Source: a virus
Taxonomy: Duplodnaviria > Heunggongvirae > Uroviricota > Caudoviricetes
DNA: 64,000 nucleotides
Direction: 5' to 3' (one strand)
IMG/VR virus record: IMGVR_UViG_3300050026_000241
The notes below the pieces were generated by a model. The model made no database searches. It saw nothing but the letters and a program-made list of their open reading frames with translations, and was not told the origin of the DNA. This document shows, one piece after another, positions 44,150 to 53,243 of the stretch (positions are counted from its first letter, which is position 1; every line of letters starts with the position of its first letter). Both the position numbers and the translations under genes were made by a program.

Positions 44150-45028
44150 ATGAATGATAATCGAGCCAAGTATCAGGCCCTCCGCAACGCCGGCAAACTG
44201 ACCGGCACAATCGAAGCCGCCGTGAGACTGCGCGACAAGAGAGCCGCCGCGAAGCCCCAAAAAGTTTCTGGCAAGTGGAAGCAAAATCTTCGTGCCAAGT
44301 GGGTCCGTTCAATCCCCCTGGGCAGTAACGACCGCGCCGCCGCCTATGCAATCGGCCGAGAATTGCGCTCGCATATTCGCAACTTTCACGATGTTTCGGC
44401 GAGTATCGAGACGAACAACGGCCGGGGTTGCACGGTCATCGACCGTGACGCCGGCCGGTATGGCGGCCCTTGCACATACCGCAAGATTGAGCATACTATC
44501 TTTGTCACGTCCTACGGCCGCACCGACGGGCGCGTGCTAACCTATCGGTTGTTTACGACCGATAAGACCATCAAGGCCCCCTTCGGCTACCGATGGGGTT
44601 ATGATTCCAACGGTATCAAACTCTACGCCATTGCCCGCCCGGCCGACGATTTTCACCCGGACACTGCCGACTTGGCGGCCGGTAGCAAGCATTGCGTGGA
44701 AAAGCTGAAGCGCAACGCCGAAACCCGGTGCAAGTGCGTAGGTGAAACGAAGCATCAAATTGCATTGATTCGCAAGGCCGAGCGGGAGGGATTGTCTGTC
44801 TGCCTTGCGGACAGCTTGAAAGCCGGCAACTGCCGGGCCGGCACAATCGCATGGGCCAATCGACACGGCTTTTCAAACGGACAGCACTACAAGCCGAGCC
44901 AACTGCTTGCGGACGCCAACGGCGATACGCCGCGCGTGGCCCTGGTGGTAGCGGTAGCGCTACGACGCCACCGCCGCGAAATGGAGCAAGGGTACGCCGT
45001 GCTTGCCGAGCATCTTGACCCCGGCTAA
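44150..45028 (+). CDS. hypothetical protein
   Basis: cassette promoter + long leader (track M... upstream residues are leader). Confidence 0.55.
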   Translation: MNDNRAKYQALRNAGKLTGTIEAAVRLRDKRAAAKPQKVSGKWKQNLRAKWVRSIPLGSNDRAAAYAIGRELRSHIRNFHDVSASIETNNGRGCTVIDRDAGRYGGPCTYRKIEHTIFVTSYGRTDGRVLTYRLFTTDKTIKAPFGYRWGYDSNGIKLYAIARPADDFHPDTADLAAGSKHCVEKLKRNAETRCKCVGETKHQIALIRKAEREGLSVCLADSLKAGNCRAGTIAWANRHGFSNGQHYKPSQLLADANGDTPRVALVVAVALRRHRREMEQGYAVLAEHLDPG

Positions 45029-45043
45029 ATCCGGGCGGCCGGC

Positions 45044-45071
45044 TTGACTTCTGCCGGGCACATGCTATGAT
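45044..45071 (+). promoter_or_regulatory. sigma70-like promoter cassette
   Basis: leader to 45116. Confidence 0.6.
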
Positions 45072-45115
45072 TGAGTAGGTTCACAACGCAACACAACACA
45101 ACGCAACAGGAAACC

Positions 45116-45616
45116 ATGACCATGACAGCCGCCACTATCACGCCCGAAACCGCCGTAACGATCAACGAAGAGCAGCAGCTTTACGTCATTCCCTCTTACC
45201 GCAATGGCAAGGTCGGCGGCTACTCATGCCTGGGCTTCGACTACCTTTTGCAACGGGCCAACGCCGTTGCCGATTGGCTTATCAGCGAAAGTCAGCACGC
45301 CACCCGGATACCGGCCGAAGACCGGGGCACGCCCCGCGCCTACGGTGCTTACCTGGCCCTCATGTCCCAGGGGAGCGCCTACAATCAGCGCACCGGCAAG
45401 CGATGCAACGGCGAACTAGAGCCGCAACTGATTGGCCTTGAAAACAAGCGGGTAGAAGTCACCTATGACGACGGCCGCACCGGGCGCTTCTGGGTGGGCA
45501 AGTCAACCGGGTGGATGCCTTGCCACTTGGAAATCAAACGCCGTGACAGCACAGGCGGGGGCGCGGTTTGCGGCCCTTACAAGCGCGTTCGCGTAGTCAG
45601 CAGCAACCGCCGCTAG
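45116..45616 (+). CDS. hypothetical protein
   Basis: near-identical promoter/leader to 44150 gene. Confidence 0.55.
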   Translation: MTMTAATITPETAVTINEEQQLYVIPSYRNGKVGGYSCLGFDYLLQRANAVADWLISESQHATRIPAEDRGTPRAYGAYLALMSQGSAYNQRTGKRCNGELEPQLIGLENKRVEVTYDDGRTGRFWVGKSTGWMPCHLEIKRRDSTGGGAVCGPYKRVRVVSSNRR

Positions 45617-45627
45617 AACCGCTACAG

Positions 45628-45696
45628 CCCGCAGGAATCAGTAATCCGGTACAATCAGTCCACCCTACCTGATTACCGATTACTGTTTCCTGCGGG
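45628..45696 (+). terminator. long imperfect hairpin (19-bp stem) abutting next promoter
   Basis: CCCGCAGGAATCAGTAATC / GATTACTGTTTCCTGCGGG. Confidence 0.35.
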
Positions 45697-45726
45697 TTGA
45701 CTTCTTGACGGTAGTATGCTATACTC
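45697..45726 (+). promoter_or_regulatory. sigma70-like promoter cassette (variant)
   Basis: TTGACT then TTGACG; -10 TATACT at 18-nt spacing; leaderless ATG 45732. Confidence 0.45.
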
Positions 45727-45731
45727 TAAGT

Positions 45732-46520
45732 ATGAAACCACCTTTCACCTATCAGGGGAACAAGACCCACTATGCGAAAGAGATTCTTTCGCATATCGAC
45801 CCGGCCCGTAACGAATCGTTTTACGATTTGTGTTGCGGTTCCGGGGCAATCTCGATTGAGCTAATCAATCAGGGGTTTCGGCCTAAGTCAATCACGATGC
45901 TTGACAAAGGCCCCTGGGGTCTATTCTGGGCGGAAGTGGGCAAGGGCACTTTTGACCTTGACAGATTCGCGCAGTATTGCCGTGAATTGCCCGAACCGGC
46001 CGACGTGAAACGACACTTGGAAATGCTTGCCGAGCGACCGGCAAGCCTTGACACTGTTTGCGTTTTTCTATTGCTGCAATCGGGCACTTTCGGCGGGGTT
46101 GCCGTTTGGATTGAAAACGGACGATGGGCAAAACAAACAGGGTTCCGGCCCTATTGGACCCCTACCGCCACGTCGAAATGCCGCTACCCTACGCGCACCG
46201 TGCCGAATGACCTGCCGAAAAAGGTAAGGGCAATCTGTGAGAGTATGAGGGGAATTAAGGGAATCTGTACTGATATAGGCGACTTCCGGCCCGGCCCTGG
46301 CAACGTCTACATCGACCCGCCTTATCAGGGAACGGGCGGATATGGGCACAATTTTGACGTGCTAGGGTGTGCCCGGCGAATCGGCCGTTGTTTCGTTTCC
46401 GAAGGCCGCCCGCTATCGGCAACAGCTTGGCAGCTAGGCGAGCGAAAGAAGGCAAGCGCCGTCTACAACGGCCGGGGAGTTGCCCCTAATCAGGAATGGC
46501 TTTCGCTAATTTTGCCTTGA
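45732..46520 (+). CDS. DNA adenine methyltransferase (Dam-like, D12 class)
   Basis: PFTYQGNKT N-terminus; motif I CCGSGAISIE; VYIDPPYQGTGGY. Confidence 0.75.
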   Translation: MKPPFTYQGNKTHYAKEILSHIDPARNESFYDLCCGSGAISIELINQGFRPKSITMLDKGPWGLFWAEVGKGTFDLDRFAQYCRELPEPADVKRHLEMLAERPASLDTVCVFLLLQSGTFGGVAVWIENGRWAKQTGFRPYWTPTATSKCRYPTRTVPNDLPKKVRAICESMRGIKGICTDIGDFRPGPGNVYIDPPYQGTGGYGHNFDVLGCARRIGRCFVSEGRPLSATAWQLGERKKASAVYNGRGVAPNQEWLSLILP

Positions 46521-46544
46521 CTTCTGCCGGGCACATGGTAAGAT
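46517..46544 (+). promoter_or_regulatory. sigma70-like promoter cassette
   Basis: TGgTAAGAT; leaderless ATG 46551. Confidence 0.55.
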
Positions 46545-46550
46545 TCAAGT

Positions 46551-47111
46551 ATGAGCAACGGGACAGCGACCATTGAAGCGACCATTGAACGGATTGCGGC
46601 CGAATTCCAGACAAGGAAACCGGCTAATTATCAGTTTGACGCCTTTCAAAAGTACAAAAAGGCGACAGCCTTGCGGGAGGGGAAAGTTGCCCCGGCCGCA
46701 CCCGCCGCTTTCGACCCGGCAACAGTCAAGGATACTCGCAAGCAAACCTTTACAACGCAACGCGACGGGCAAGCCGAGTTTCGCAAGCAACTGATTGCGG
46801 CATACGGCGGCAAGTGTGCCGTCACTAGCAATAGGGTTGAGGCTATTTTAGAAGCCGCGCATATCACCCCTTACAAGGGTGAGGATTCAAACCACGTTAG
46901 CAACGGCTTGCTTCTATCTGCCGAGTTGCACATCCTTTTCGACCGGGGCCTGATTGCCATTGACCTATCGGGTTGCCTTCTGGTTTCCTCTAAGCTAACG
47001 GGAAGCATTTACGAAAGCTACAAGGGCAAGCGAGTCGCAATGCCGGTTGACCCGGCGAATCGACCGAGCCGCAAGGCACTTGACCGACACCGAGAAACTT
47101 TCATACCCTGA
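46551..47111 (+). CDS. HNH endonuclease (HNH_2-type)
   Basis: GGKCAVTSNRVEAILEAAHITPY...NGLLLSAELHILFDRG. Confidence 0.6.
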   Translation: MSNGTATIEATIERIAAEFQTRKPANYQFDAFQKYKKATALREGKVAPAAPAAFDPATVKDTRKQTFTTQRDGQAEFRKQLIAAYGGKCAVTSNRVEAILEAAHITPYKGEDSNHVSNGLLLSAELHILFDRGLIAIDLSGCLLVSSKLTGSIYESYKGKRVAMPVDPANRPSRKALDRHRETFIP

Positions 47112-47120
47112 GCAATCACT

Positions 47121-47555
47121 ATGAAATGCCTTATCTGCCAGAAGCCTATCGGGCGGCGAACCACCCGGACCTATGTAACGGTCAAGGCCGCCGCCACAAG
47201 CCGCCCCCGCAAGGTCTACGCTTGCGAGCATTGCCAAGCCGAGTTTGACAAGTGGATTGACAGCCGAGCCGTTGACACTGACGGTACGCTATTCGACTTT
47301 CAAGTGGCCGTGCGAACCTACAAGACCTATGCCGCCGCCGTCAAAGACATGCCCACTTGTTGCGCGGTCGATGATGTGTCAGGAATCGAGGCGCAAGCCG
47401 AGCGGGATTGTGAGAGTCCGATAGCCCTTTTGCGGGACATGGTACGCACCGAACTTGACTTGATTGACGAAGGCGAAGAGGCGGCCGGGGATTACAACGC
47501 CCGCCAGCGTAGAAGCCTCTACAACTATTGGCTACAACTGTGCGGATCGGCATAA
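47121..47555 (+). CDS. zinc-ribbon hypothetical protein
   Basis: CLICQ...CEHCQ. Confidence 0.5.
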   Translation: MKCLICQKPIGRRTTRTYVTVKAAATSRPRKVYACEHCQAEFDKWIDSRAVDTDGTLFDFQVAVRTYKTYAAAVKDMPTCCAVDDVSGIEAQAERDCESPIALLRDMVRTELDLIDEGEEAAGDYNARQRRSLYNYWLQLCGSA

Positions 47556-47602
47556 CCGATACCGAACATAAGCAGCATTATCGGACGAAGAGACCTTACA
47601 AT

Positions 47603-47770
47603 ATGCACAACCCCGACAACTACATCCGTTACCTTGAAGTCTTGTCGTTGTCGCTTCTCCATGAGCGGAAGCAAAACGGCGGCGACGAGCTAGACGATAT
47701 TCGAGCCGTTGAAAACGACTTTCCGCCGACAAGAGGTTCTGATTTTTGCCCGAAAAATGCAAGGGGCTAA
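47603..47770 (+). CDS. hypothetical protein
   Basis: weak; internal ATG of track ORF 47528..47770. Confidence 0.25.
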   Translation: MHNPDNYIRYLEVLSLSLLHERKQNGGDELDDIRAVENDFPPTRGSDFCPKNARG

Positions 47771-47969
47771 TCGAAAACAACATTGCAATCCGCGACAAGG
47801 GCGGCGAAGGCTCCGCCCTGGCTTGGCGCAATCCCCACAACCCTGCCGCTTGGAGCGACCATTGATACTCGCACTTCTACTAGTCGTCATCGGGGCGGTA
47901 TGGTTCTGTGCGCCTAGCAGTAGCAGGGCCGACCGAAAAACTCATTTGGTGAGGGAGGATGGTGGTAAT

Positions 47970-48197
47970 ATGGGAACCTGCCTTGGAACCTACTTGCTAC
48001 GCGAAATCGAAACATCGACCGACGAACCGACAGGCATCATCCTCTCGTTCAAAAGCGAGGGCCGCCGTATCGAGTTTGCCGCTACGCATGAGGCAAGAGC
48101 GGGTTGCCACTTTGAAACCGGGTATCAGGACGAAAACGGCAAGCCGCAAAATTTAGATTCATTTGACTTCTGCCATACACATGGTAGAGTTGTTTAG
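47970..48197 (+). CDS. hypothetical protein
   Basis: AGGGAGGATGGTGGTAATATG RBS; may extend upstream to include TM LILALLLVVIGAVWF; 3' end encodes next cassette promoter. Confidence 0.4.
   Translation: MGTCLGTYLLREIETSTDEPTGIILSFKSEGRRIEFAATHEARAGCHFETGYQDENGKPQNLDSFDFCHTHGRVV
48163..48190 (+). promoter_or_regulatory. sigma70-like promoter cassette inside 3' end of upstream CDS
   Basis: TGgTAGAGT; leader to 48226. Confidence 0.55.
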
Positions 48198-48225
48198 AGT
48201 TCAACAACACAACAGGGTGCAAACC

Positions 48226-48690
48226 ATGACAAAGTTTATTATCGCTTTCACCTGGGTTACAACGATCTTCGGCATTGCCTACTGGCTTACGTCGAACAAA
48301 CCGGCCCCGACCCTGGCAACGTCACCGCAACCGCAACCGGCAAGTTCTATCCCGCCGATGGTCAATCCGTCACAACCATTAGAATTGCAAAAAGCGATAG
48401 AAGAGGCGGATGCCTCTTGTGTCAGCGTAATTCAACGGTACAGATGTGTGGAAGCTAACATGCCCGCAAATACTATCCTGCTAGACCAAAGCGGGCAACG
48501 TATTGAGGCTTGGAAGTTTTTGGATGATACCGCATTTTGTGCCAAACGGGCACAAGATTTTTTAGACCGGAGGATTGCCCCGGCAGCGTTTGTAAACACA
48601 GTACACACTTGGCAACGCAAGTATTCCGATCTTAAAATATACGACCCTGAAAACGGCGTCTACGTAACCGTCGTCCCGCACTTTCAATAA
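48226..48690 (+). CDS. membrane-anchored or secreted protein
   Basis: N-terminal hydrophobic FIIAFTWVTTIFGIAYWL. Confidence 0.55.
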   Translation: MTKFIIAFTWVTTIFGIAYWLTSNKPAPTLATSPQPQPASSIPPMVNPSQPLELQKAIEEADASCVSVIQRYRCVEANMPANTILLDQSGQRIEAWKFLDDTAFCAKRAQDFLDRRIAPAAFVNTVHTWQRKYSDLKIYDPENGVYVTVVPHFQ

Positions 48691-48706
48691 CCCGCCCGAA
48701 AACCAC

Positions 48707-48734
48707 TTGACTTCTGCAAACCACATGGTATAGT
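48707..48734 (+). promoter_or_regulatory. sigma70-like promoter cassette
   Basis: TGgTATAGT; leaderless ATG 48741. Confidence 0.55.
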
Positions 48735-48740
48735 TTCATT

Positions 48741-48920
48741 ATGAGCAACCGTACCGCGCAAGAGATACTAATGGGCCTTGCCCGCCGATGGGCCGCCGAC
48801 GATTGTACCGATCTAGTATTAGATATGCTTGAAAAGGTACTCGACTTGACGCATGAGGATACCTTGCGCGACAACTTCCAAGCCGACATTGAAGAAGAGG
48901 AATCAAAGGAACCGGAATAA
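48741..48920 (+). CDS. acidic small protein
   Basis: cassette promoter, leaderless; 59 aa; approximate. Confidence 0.4.
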   Translation: MSNRTAQEILMGLARRWAADDCTDLVLDMLEKVLDLTHEDTLRDNFQADIEEEESKEPE

Positions 48921-49321
48921 TGAGCAACCCAACACTCAAAGAACTAGCCCGCAAAGTCGATCTTACCTTTACGCACGGTGCGACCCTCACCGTTGCCGAG
49001 CGGGACGAACAAAGCGATTGGCAGTGTAACGCCAACAGCTATCGTTGCACGTTGAACTATCAGGGGCGGCGGTACAGTTTCAACTACTGGCAGGGAATAG
49101 GTATCAAGGATGGTCCGACTGCCGAAGGTTGCCTCGATTCGCTCTTGTCCGACGCCGACGCCGCCGGTGAGACTTTCGGGGAGTTTTGCGGAAATATGGG
49201 CTATGACGAAGACAGCCGGACGGCAGAGCGGATTTACACGGCTTGCCGCAAAGAGGGTGTAAGCCTCAAACGCCTGTTAGGCGGCGATTACGAAACTTTC
49301 CGCGATGCCGAGCGTGATTAG
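48920..49321 (+). CDS. hypothetical protein
   Basis: ATGA overlap. Confidence 0.5.
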   Translation: MSNPTLKELARKVDLTFTHGATLTVAERDEQSDWQCNANSYRCTLNYQGRRYSFNYWQGIGIKDGPTAEGCLDSLLSDADAAGETFGEFCGNMGYDEDSRTAERIYTACRKEGVSLKRLLGGDYETFRDAERD

Positions 49322-49323
49322 AC

Positions 49324-49351
49324 TTGACTTCTCACAACCACATGGTATAGT
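49324..49351 (+). promoter_or_regulatory. sigma70-like promoter cassette
   Basis: identical -10/start context to 48707 copy; leaderless 49358. Confidence 0.55.
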
Positions 49352-49357
49352 TTCATT

Positions 49358-49723
49358 ATGAGCAAGCGAAAACCGAAAACCGAACCGGCTTACGAGCCGC
49401 CCGCGCCCGAGCCGATGAATACGATTGCCGGGGTTCAAGCCGAGTACAATCGTCAATATGAGCGATACGCGGCCGCGCGCAAGGCATGGTATGACGCGAA
49501 CCCCTACGTTCGCGGCGAGAATCGGGTTTATCCTGGCCTCACCATCGACTATGACGGCATGGGCGGGTTGCTTGTCAAGGCGATTCAAGCCGAGTACGGC
49601 TTCTCCGAAGCCCGCGCCGGCGCAGTCTACGGCCTTGCGTATGAGAAAGGCCACTCGTCCTTCAGTGACGTGTTTTGCTACGCTTACGAGTTTGCCGATT
49701 TTGTCAAGGGGTTGCCGGCATAG
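49358..49723 (+). CDS. hypothetical protein
   Basis: cassette promoter, leaderless. Confidence 0.55.
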   Translation: MSKRKPKTEPAYEPPAPEPMNTIAGVQAEYNRQYERYAAARKAWYDANPYVRGENRVYPGLTIDYDGMGGLLVKAIQAEYGFSEARAGAVYGLAYEKGHSSFSDVFCYAYEFADFVKGLPA

Positions 49724-49726
49724 CAA

Positions 49727-49762
49727 CCAGCATGACAACCAGCATGACAACCAGCATGACAG
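49727..49762 (+). repeat. 12-nt tandem repeat CAACCAGCATGA x3 spanning a start codon
   Basis: seen directly. Confidence 0.75.
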
Positions 49763-49971
49763 ACCCGGCCCACACAATCGTTATGGTTGCCAAGACCCAC
49801 AAGGGCTATCTGCCGGGCTACTTGAACCACTACGGGCGGAAGCTAGGGCGGCAACTGTATCGGCAAACCCGGTACGGGGCCGCCACCTATCTCCGTTCCT
49901 TGACCCACGAAGGCCGCCGACTCGTCTACTTTCGGCATGACAACCTTGTGAACCCCGCGCCCGGCCAATGA
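49732..49971 (+). CDS. hypothetical protein with MTTS N-terminal repeats
   Basis: start lies in 12-nt repeat caaccagcatga x3. Confidence 0.4.
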   Translation: MTTSMTTSMTDPAHTIVMVAKTHKGYLPGYLNHYGRKLGRQLYRQTRYGAATYLRSLTHEGRRLVYFRHDNLVNPAPGQ

Positions 49972-50159
49972 ACAACGAAGCCAACAGTTACCTACCCCTT
50001 GACCCGCGACTAGCCGATTGTATGAAACGGACGATACAATTCTGCCGAGCCGCCACCGAAGACCCTACACCGTTCAAGTTGAACACCGCCCGCATGTGGC
50101 TTACCAACTTGGAAGGGTGGCTACCCGAACAACCCTTAACACCCGGAGAATCAGTATGA
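49968..50159 (+). CDS. hypothetical protein
   Basis: 63-aa ORF. Confidence 0.45.
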   Translation: MNNEANSYLPLDPRLADCMKRTIQFCRAATEDPTPFKLNTARMWLTNLEGWLPEQPLTPGESV

Positions 50160-50386
50160 TTATCAAAATCAATAGCGAAGCCGTGGCCGAATTGTTTTTC
50201 GCCGCCCGGCGACTTCTCTACAACACGCCTTACACAACCGCCCTGGCCCCCAGCCTTGACCAGCTTCGCAATGCCTTGGCCGCCTTTGCCCTGGCCCCGC
50301 CCGTCAAGGCCCTGGCCCTGCGCAAGAAGGCCGCCAAGAAGGCCGCCAAGAAGGCCCCGCGCAAGAAATCGAAATCCTGTGCTTGA
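50156..50386 (+). CDS. hypothetical protein with basic KKAAKKAAKKAPRKK tail
   Basis: ATG inside track ORF 50018..50386. Confidence 0.45.
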   Translation: MIIKINSEAVAELFFAARRLLYNTPYTTALAPSLDQLRNALAAFALAPPVKALALRKKAAKKAAKKAPRKKSKSCA

Positions 50387-50410
50387 CTTTCGCGCGGCAC
50401 ATGATAGAGT
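50383..50410 (+). promoter_or_regulatory. sigma70-like promoter cassette
   Basis: TGaTAGAGT; leaderless 50417. Confidence 0.5.
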
Positions 50411-50416
50411 TGTCTT

Positions 50417-50698
50417 ATGAACAAATCAACAGTCGAAGGCAATTACATCGAAAACGGAATCCTCTATAACCGCCTGGGCAGGGTGGTTGACCCCGGTATC
50501 TGCCGACAATACGGATGGGATTGTCCGGTCGGGCAAGCCGCCGCCTATGACAAGTATTGTGAGCGGGTTGCCGCCGAATACCATGCCGCCTGGCGTAATG
50601 CCCCGGTATCACATGAGGAAGCGGCCGAAATGCGGGCCGCCTTCGGCCCCGGGGCGGAGGTTGTCAACGTGTTCACCGGCCGCCGTCATCGCACCTAA
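50417..50698 (+). CDS. hypothetical protein
   Basis: cassette promoter, leaderless. Confidence 0.5.
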   Translation: MNKSTVEGNYIENGILYNRLGRVVDPGICRQYGWDCPVGQAAAYDKYCERVAAEYHAAWRNAPVSHEEAAEMRAAFGPGAEVVNVFTGRRHRT

Positions 50699-50716
50699 AC
50701 GGCCAAAAGTTTCGAC

Positions 50717-50744
50717 TTGACTTCTTGCAATCACATGCTATGAT
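50717..50744 (+). promoter_or_regulatory. sigma70-like promoter cassette
   Basis: leaderless 50751. Confidence 0.6.
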
Positions 50745-50750
50745 TTAGAT

Positions 50751-50969
50751 ATGAGCGACGAACTTGCTATCCTTGACGCCCTGTGGACAACGCTCCGTAT
50801 CCGGTTGCACGGTCCTTTCATCGGCGTAGGATATTTCATTGTGAAAGACCTGGGGGCCTGTGCCGAGAGGATTTGGACCGGGGAAGATTGGGGCCGTGCC
50901 CCGAAATACTACCCCACCTTGCAAGCCGCCTTTGACGACTTGCCTAACATCTGCCGGTTTCTGACTTGA
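50751..50969 (+). CDS. hypothetical protein
   Basis: cassette promoter, leaderless. Confidence 0.5.
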   Translation: MSDELAILDALWTTLRIRLHGPFIGVGYFIVKDLGACAERIWTGEDWGRAPKYYPTLQAAFDDLPNICRFLT

Positions 50970-51001
50970 CTTTCGACTTGACTTTCGACTTGACTTTCGA
51001 C
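50962..51001 (+). repeat. 12-nt tandem iterons TTGACTTTCGAC x3 merging into true -35
   Basis: seen directly. Confidence 0.8.
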
Positions 51002-51029
51002 TTGACTTCTCTCCGGCACATGCTATGAT
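51002..51029 (+). promoter_or_regulatory. sigma70-like promoter cassette preceded by three extra -35 iterons
   Basis: leader to 51065. Confidence 0.6.
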
Positions 51030-51064
51030 TAAGTAGGTTCACAACACAACAGGGAGCAACCGCA

Positions 51065-51493
51065 ATGATTACCGCAATGATTACCGCAAAAGGCCGCCTG
51101 GGCAACCACGACATTGAAGCCGAATGTATCAATCCTGGCGATTGGTTTGGCAAGGTTTGGCTCTTGGAAATCGGTTGCGGTTATAGTTCCGGCTTCTTTG
51201 CCGTCGAAGCCGACTCCGTTACCGATGCCATTGACGAATTTTCAGGCAGCAAGTACGGCCACCTTATCCTGATCGACGAAGCCGATTTTGCCGATTACGT
51301 GGAAGATGGCGAGTTCAACGGTTACACCAACGATGGTGGGCAGCCCTGTGATTTGGACAACGTAATGGTTCACGGCGAAGAGCGCCCCGGCCGTGGCGAG
51401 TATACCCCCTGGAATTGCCGATATTTTGCCGACGATCTTCCGGCCGAAGGCATGACGCCGATTGCCTACTATCGACGAAATGACGAAGAGTAA
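51065..51493 (+). CDS. acidic hypothetical protein
   Basis: MITAMITA from 12-nt duplication. Confidence 0.55.
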   Translation: MITAMITAKGRLGNHDIEAECINPGDWFGKVWLLEIGCGYSSGFFAVEADSVTDAIDEFSGSKYGHLILIDEADFADYVEDGEFNGYTNDGGQPCDLDNVMVHGEERPGRGEYTPWNCRYFADDLPAEGMTPIAYYRRNDEE

Positions 51494-51500
51494 AAATCAC

Positions 51501-51529
51501 TTGACTTCTTGCGGCCACATGCTATTCTT
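51501..51529 (+). promoter_or_regulatory. sigma70-like promoter cassette (variant -10 TATTCT)
   Basis: 17-nt spacer; leader to 51550. Confidence 0.45.
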
Positions 51530-51549
51530 AAACAGAAGGAAACATTGTT

Positions 51550-52041
51550 ATGATAACTAAGGGCAGAATCGTCAACAGCGGTGTGGGCGGGTTTCTCAAC
51601 CCGCCTGGGCACCCGGAGCATACTCATTCGGTCGAAACGGACCTTCGCCGCAAGCCGGAAAACCGGGGTTCAATGTCCCTGAGTTACGCCGTCAAGTCAC
51701 AATGGCTTGACAGCGGCACGTTTGCCGAAGCTATGACCTTGCTATTAGCCTGGGCAGTGAATAAATTGCCCTTGACCGCCCCGGCCGTCAAGGATTGGAT
51801 TCTGCAATGCCTGGGTTACTTCCGGGGTTGCTACAACTTTCGTTTCGGCGGCACGCCGGCAGACAACGAAGCCGGATGGGAGGCGGGCAACCTTACCATC
51901 GACCAGGGTCTTGACCCGATGAAAAACGCCGATTTTCACGCCGGGGTTCACCATATCCGCGAATTCTACCCGGACTACACGCCCCGCGCCGTTGACTTCC
52001 AACGGGCCTACTGGGGTAAACAGCGTCAATCCGCTTTCTAA
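51550..52041 (+). CDS. hypothetical protein
   Basis: cassette promoter + GAAGGAAACATTGTTATG leader. Confidence 0.55.
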   Translation: MITKGRIVNSGVGGFLNPPGHPEHTHSVETDLRRKPENRGSMSLSYAVKSQWLDSGTFAEAMTLLLAWAVNKLPLTAPAVKDWILQCLGYFRGCYNFRFGGTPADNEAGWEAGNLTIDQGLDPMKNADFHAGVHHIREFYPDYTPRAVDFQRAYWGKQRQSAF

Positions 52042-52042
52042 C

Positions 52043-52070
52043 TTGACTTCGCCCCGGCACATGATATGAT
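52043..52070 (+). promoter_or_regulatory. sigma70-like promoter cassette
   Basis: leader to 52103. Confidence 0.6.
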
Positions 52071-52102
52071 TGATTAGTCAACTAACAACGCAAGAGGAAA
52101 CC

Positions 52103-52495
52103 ATGACGACCCGCGACAAGTGCAAGCAACTCCGAATCGAACTCGATACCGCCCTCAAGGCCATTGGCGAAAAGCTGGGCATGACGATTCAAGTAGGCCG
52201 GTCAATGAGTTTCACTGACTCGGCGATCAACATCAAACTCGTTGCGAGCCTCCCGAACGCCACGACCGGCGTAATCGAACCCGTCGAAGCCAAGGACTTC
52301 AAAGCGAACACCTGGAAGTGGGGTCTGGAAGCCAGCGACCTGGGCCGCACCTTCACCCATGCCGGCGACACTTTCGAGATTACCGGAGCAAAGCCGAAAG
52401 CCAGCAAATTCCCTATCCTCGCCAAGCGCGGCGACGGCAAGGGCTACAAGTTTCCGGCCGACTTGATTCGCTTGAAACTTCACCCGGCCGCCTGA
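52103..52495 (+). CDS. hypothetical protein
   Basis: cassette promoter + leader. Confidence 0.55.
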   Translation: MTTRDKCKQLRIELDTALKAIGEKLGMTIQVGRSMSFTDSAINIKLVASLPNATTGVIEPVEAKDFKANTWKWGLEASDLGRTFTHAGDTFEITGAKPKASKFPILAKRGDGKGYKFPADLIRLKLHPAA

Positions 52496-52503
52496 AATCT
52501 GAC

Positions 52504-52531
52504 TTGACTTCTTCAAACCACATGGTATGCT
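52504..52531 (+). promoter_or_regulatory. sigma70-like promoter cassette
   Basis: TGgTATGCT; leaderless 52537. Confidence 0.55.
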
Positions 52532-52536
52532 TGAGC

Positions 52537-52740
52537 ATGTTCAAGAGCTTCTATACGAAAGATCAACTGACAATGCTTCTACTCGATTGGAGGCAACCCC
52601 TCGTCATTCCGAAGGGTAATCAGTCAATCGTTTTGGAGTTCCCGCCTGACCGACAATTCAGCCGATGCCGCTACAATCGGGCCGCGCAGAAATCGACCTA
52701 CGGCAAGCCACTTTACGAAGTCACCCTCTACAACCCCTAG
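52537..52740 (+). CDS. hypothetical protein
   Basis: cassette promoter, leaderless. Confidence 0.45.
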   Translation: MFKSFYTKDQLTMLLLDWRQPLVIPKGNQSIVLEFPPDRQFSRCRYNRAAQKSTYGKPLYEVTLYNP

Positions 52741-52750
52741 AACCCGCACA

Positions 52751-53152
52751 ATGCAAACAGCAAAAATCAGAATGGCACTCACGAAGGGCGAACGAGCCGC
52801 CCGCGATCATGCCGAGAAAAACAGCCGCCTGGGCTTGCCGGCAACGCCGGCGGACGCCCGGCACTTGGCGAACTATCGGCGTAAGATGCACCTATGGCAG
52901 TACGGAAAAGCCGCAATAGGTGCGGCGGCGATAGGCGTCACTGCTATTCTAGCAGCTTTCGCAATGGCAAAATTCGCCGACGAACAGTACAATGCGGCGG
53001 GTCAGAAAGCCCGCGCAGATTTTGAAAAGACACGCAGCGACCAACTCGCTATGGAAGACGCAGCCAGAGCCGAGAAGATAGCGGCCGAAGCCGCTGCCGA
53101 TGACATTGAGTTTAAGTTCCGCCGTTGCCTAGGCTACCGGCCCTTGCCCTGA
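52751..53152 (+). CDS. membrane-associated coiled-coil protein
   Basis: TM AIGAAAIGVTAILAAFAMA. Confidence 0.5.
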   Translation: MQTAKIRMALTKGERAARDHAEKNSRLGLPATPADARHLANYRRKMHLWQYGKAAIGAAAIGVTAILAAFAMAKFADEQYNAAGQKARADFEKTRSDQLAMEDAARAEKIAAEAAADDIEFKFRRCLGYRPLP

Positions 53153-53161
53153 AATTCCAGC

Positions 53162-53189
53162 TTGACTTCTCACCGTCACATGGTATGAT
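53162..53189 (+). promoter_or_regulatory. sigma70-like promoter cassette
   Basis: leader with 21-nt duplication to 53244. Confidence 0.6.
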
Positions 53190-53243
53190 TGATTATCAGT
53201 CAACCAACAGGAAGCAGCAGTCAACCAACAGGAAGCAGCAGTT

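Noticed and set aside
44111-45115. Track ORFs starting MSRFTTQHN... at 44111 and 45071
   Set aside because: These residues come from the conserved promoter/leader translated from an alternative start. The real ATGs, at 44150 and 45116, follow the AGGA-containing leader.
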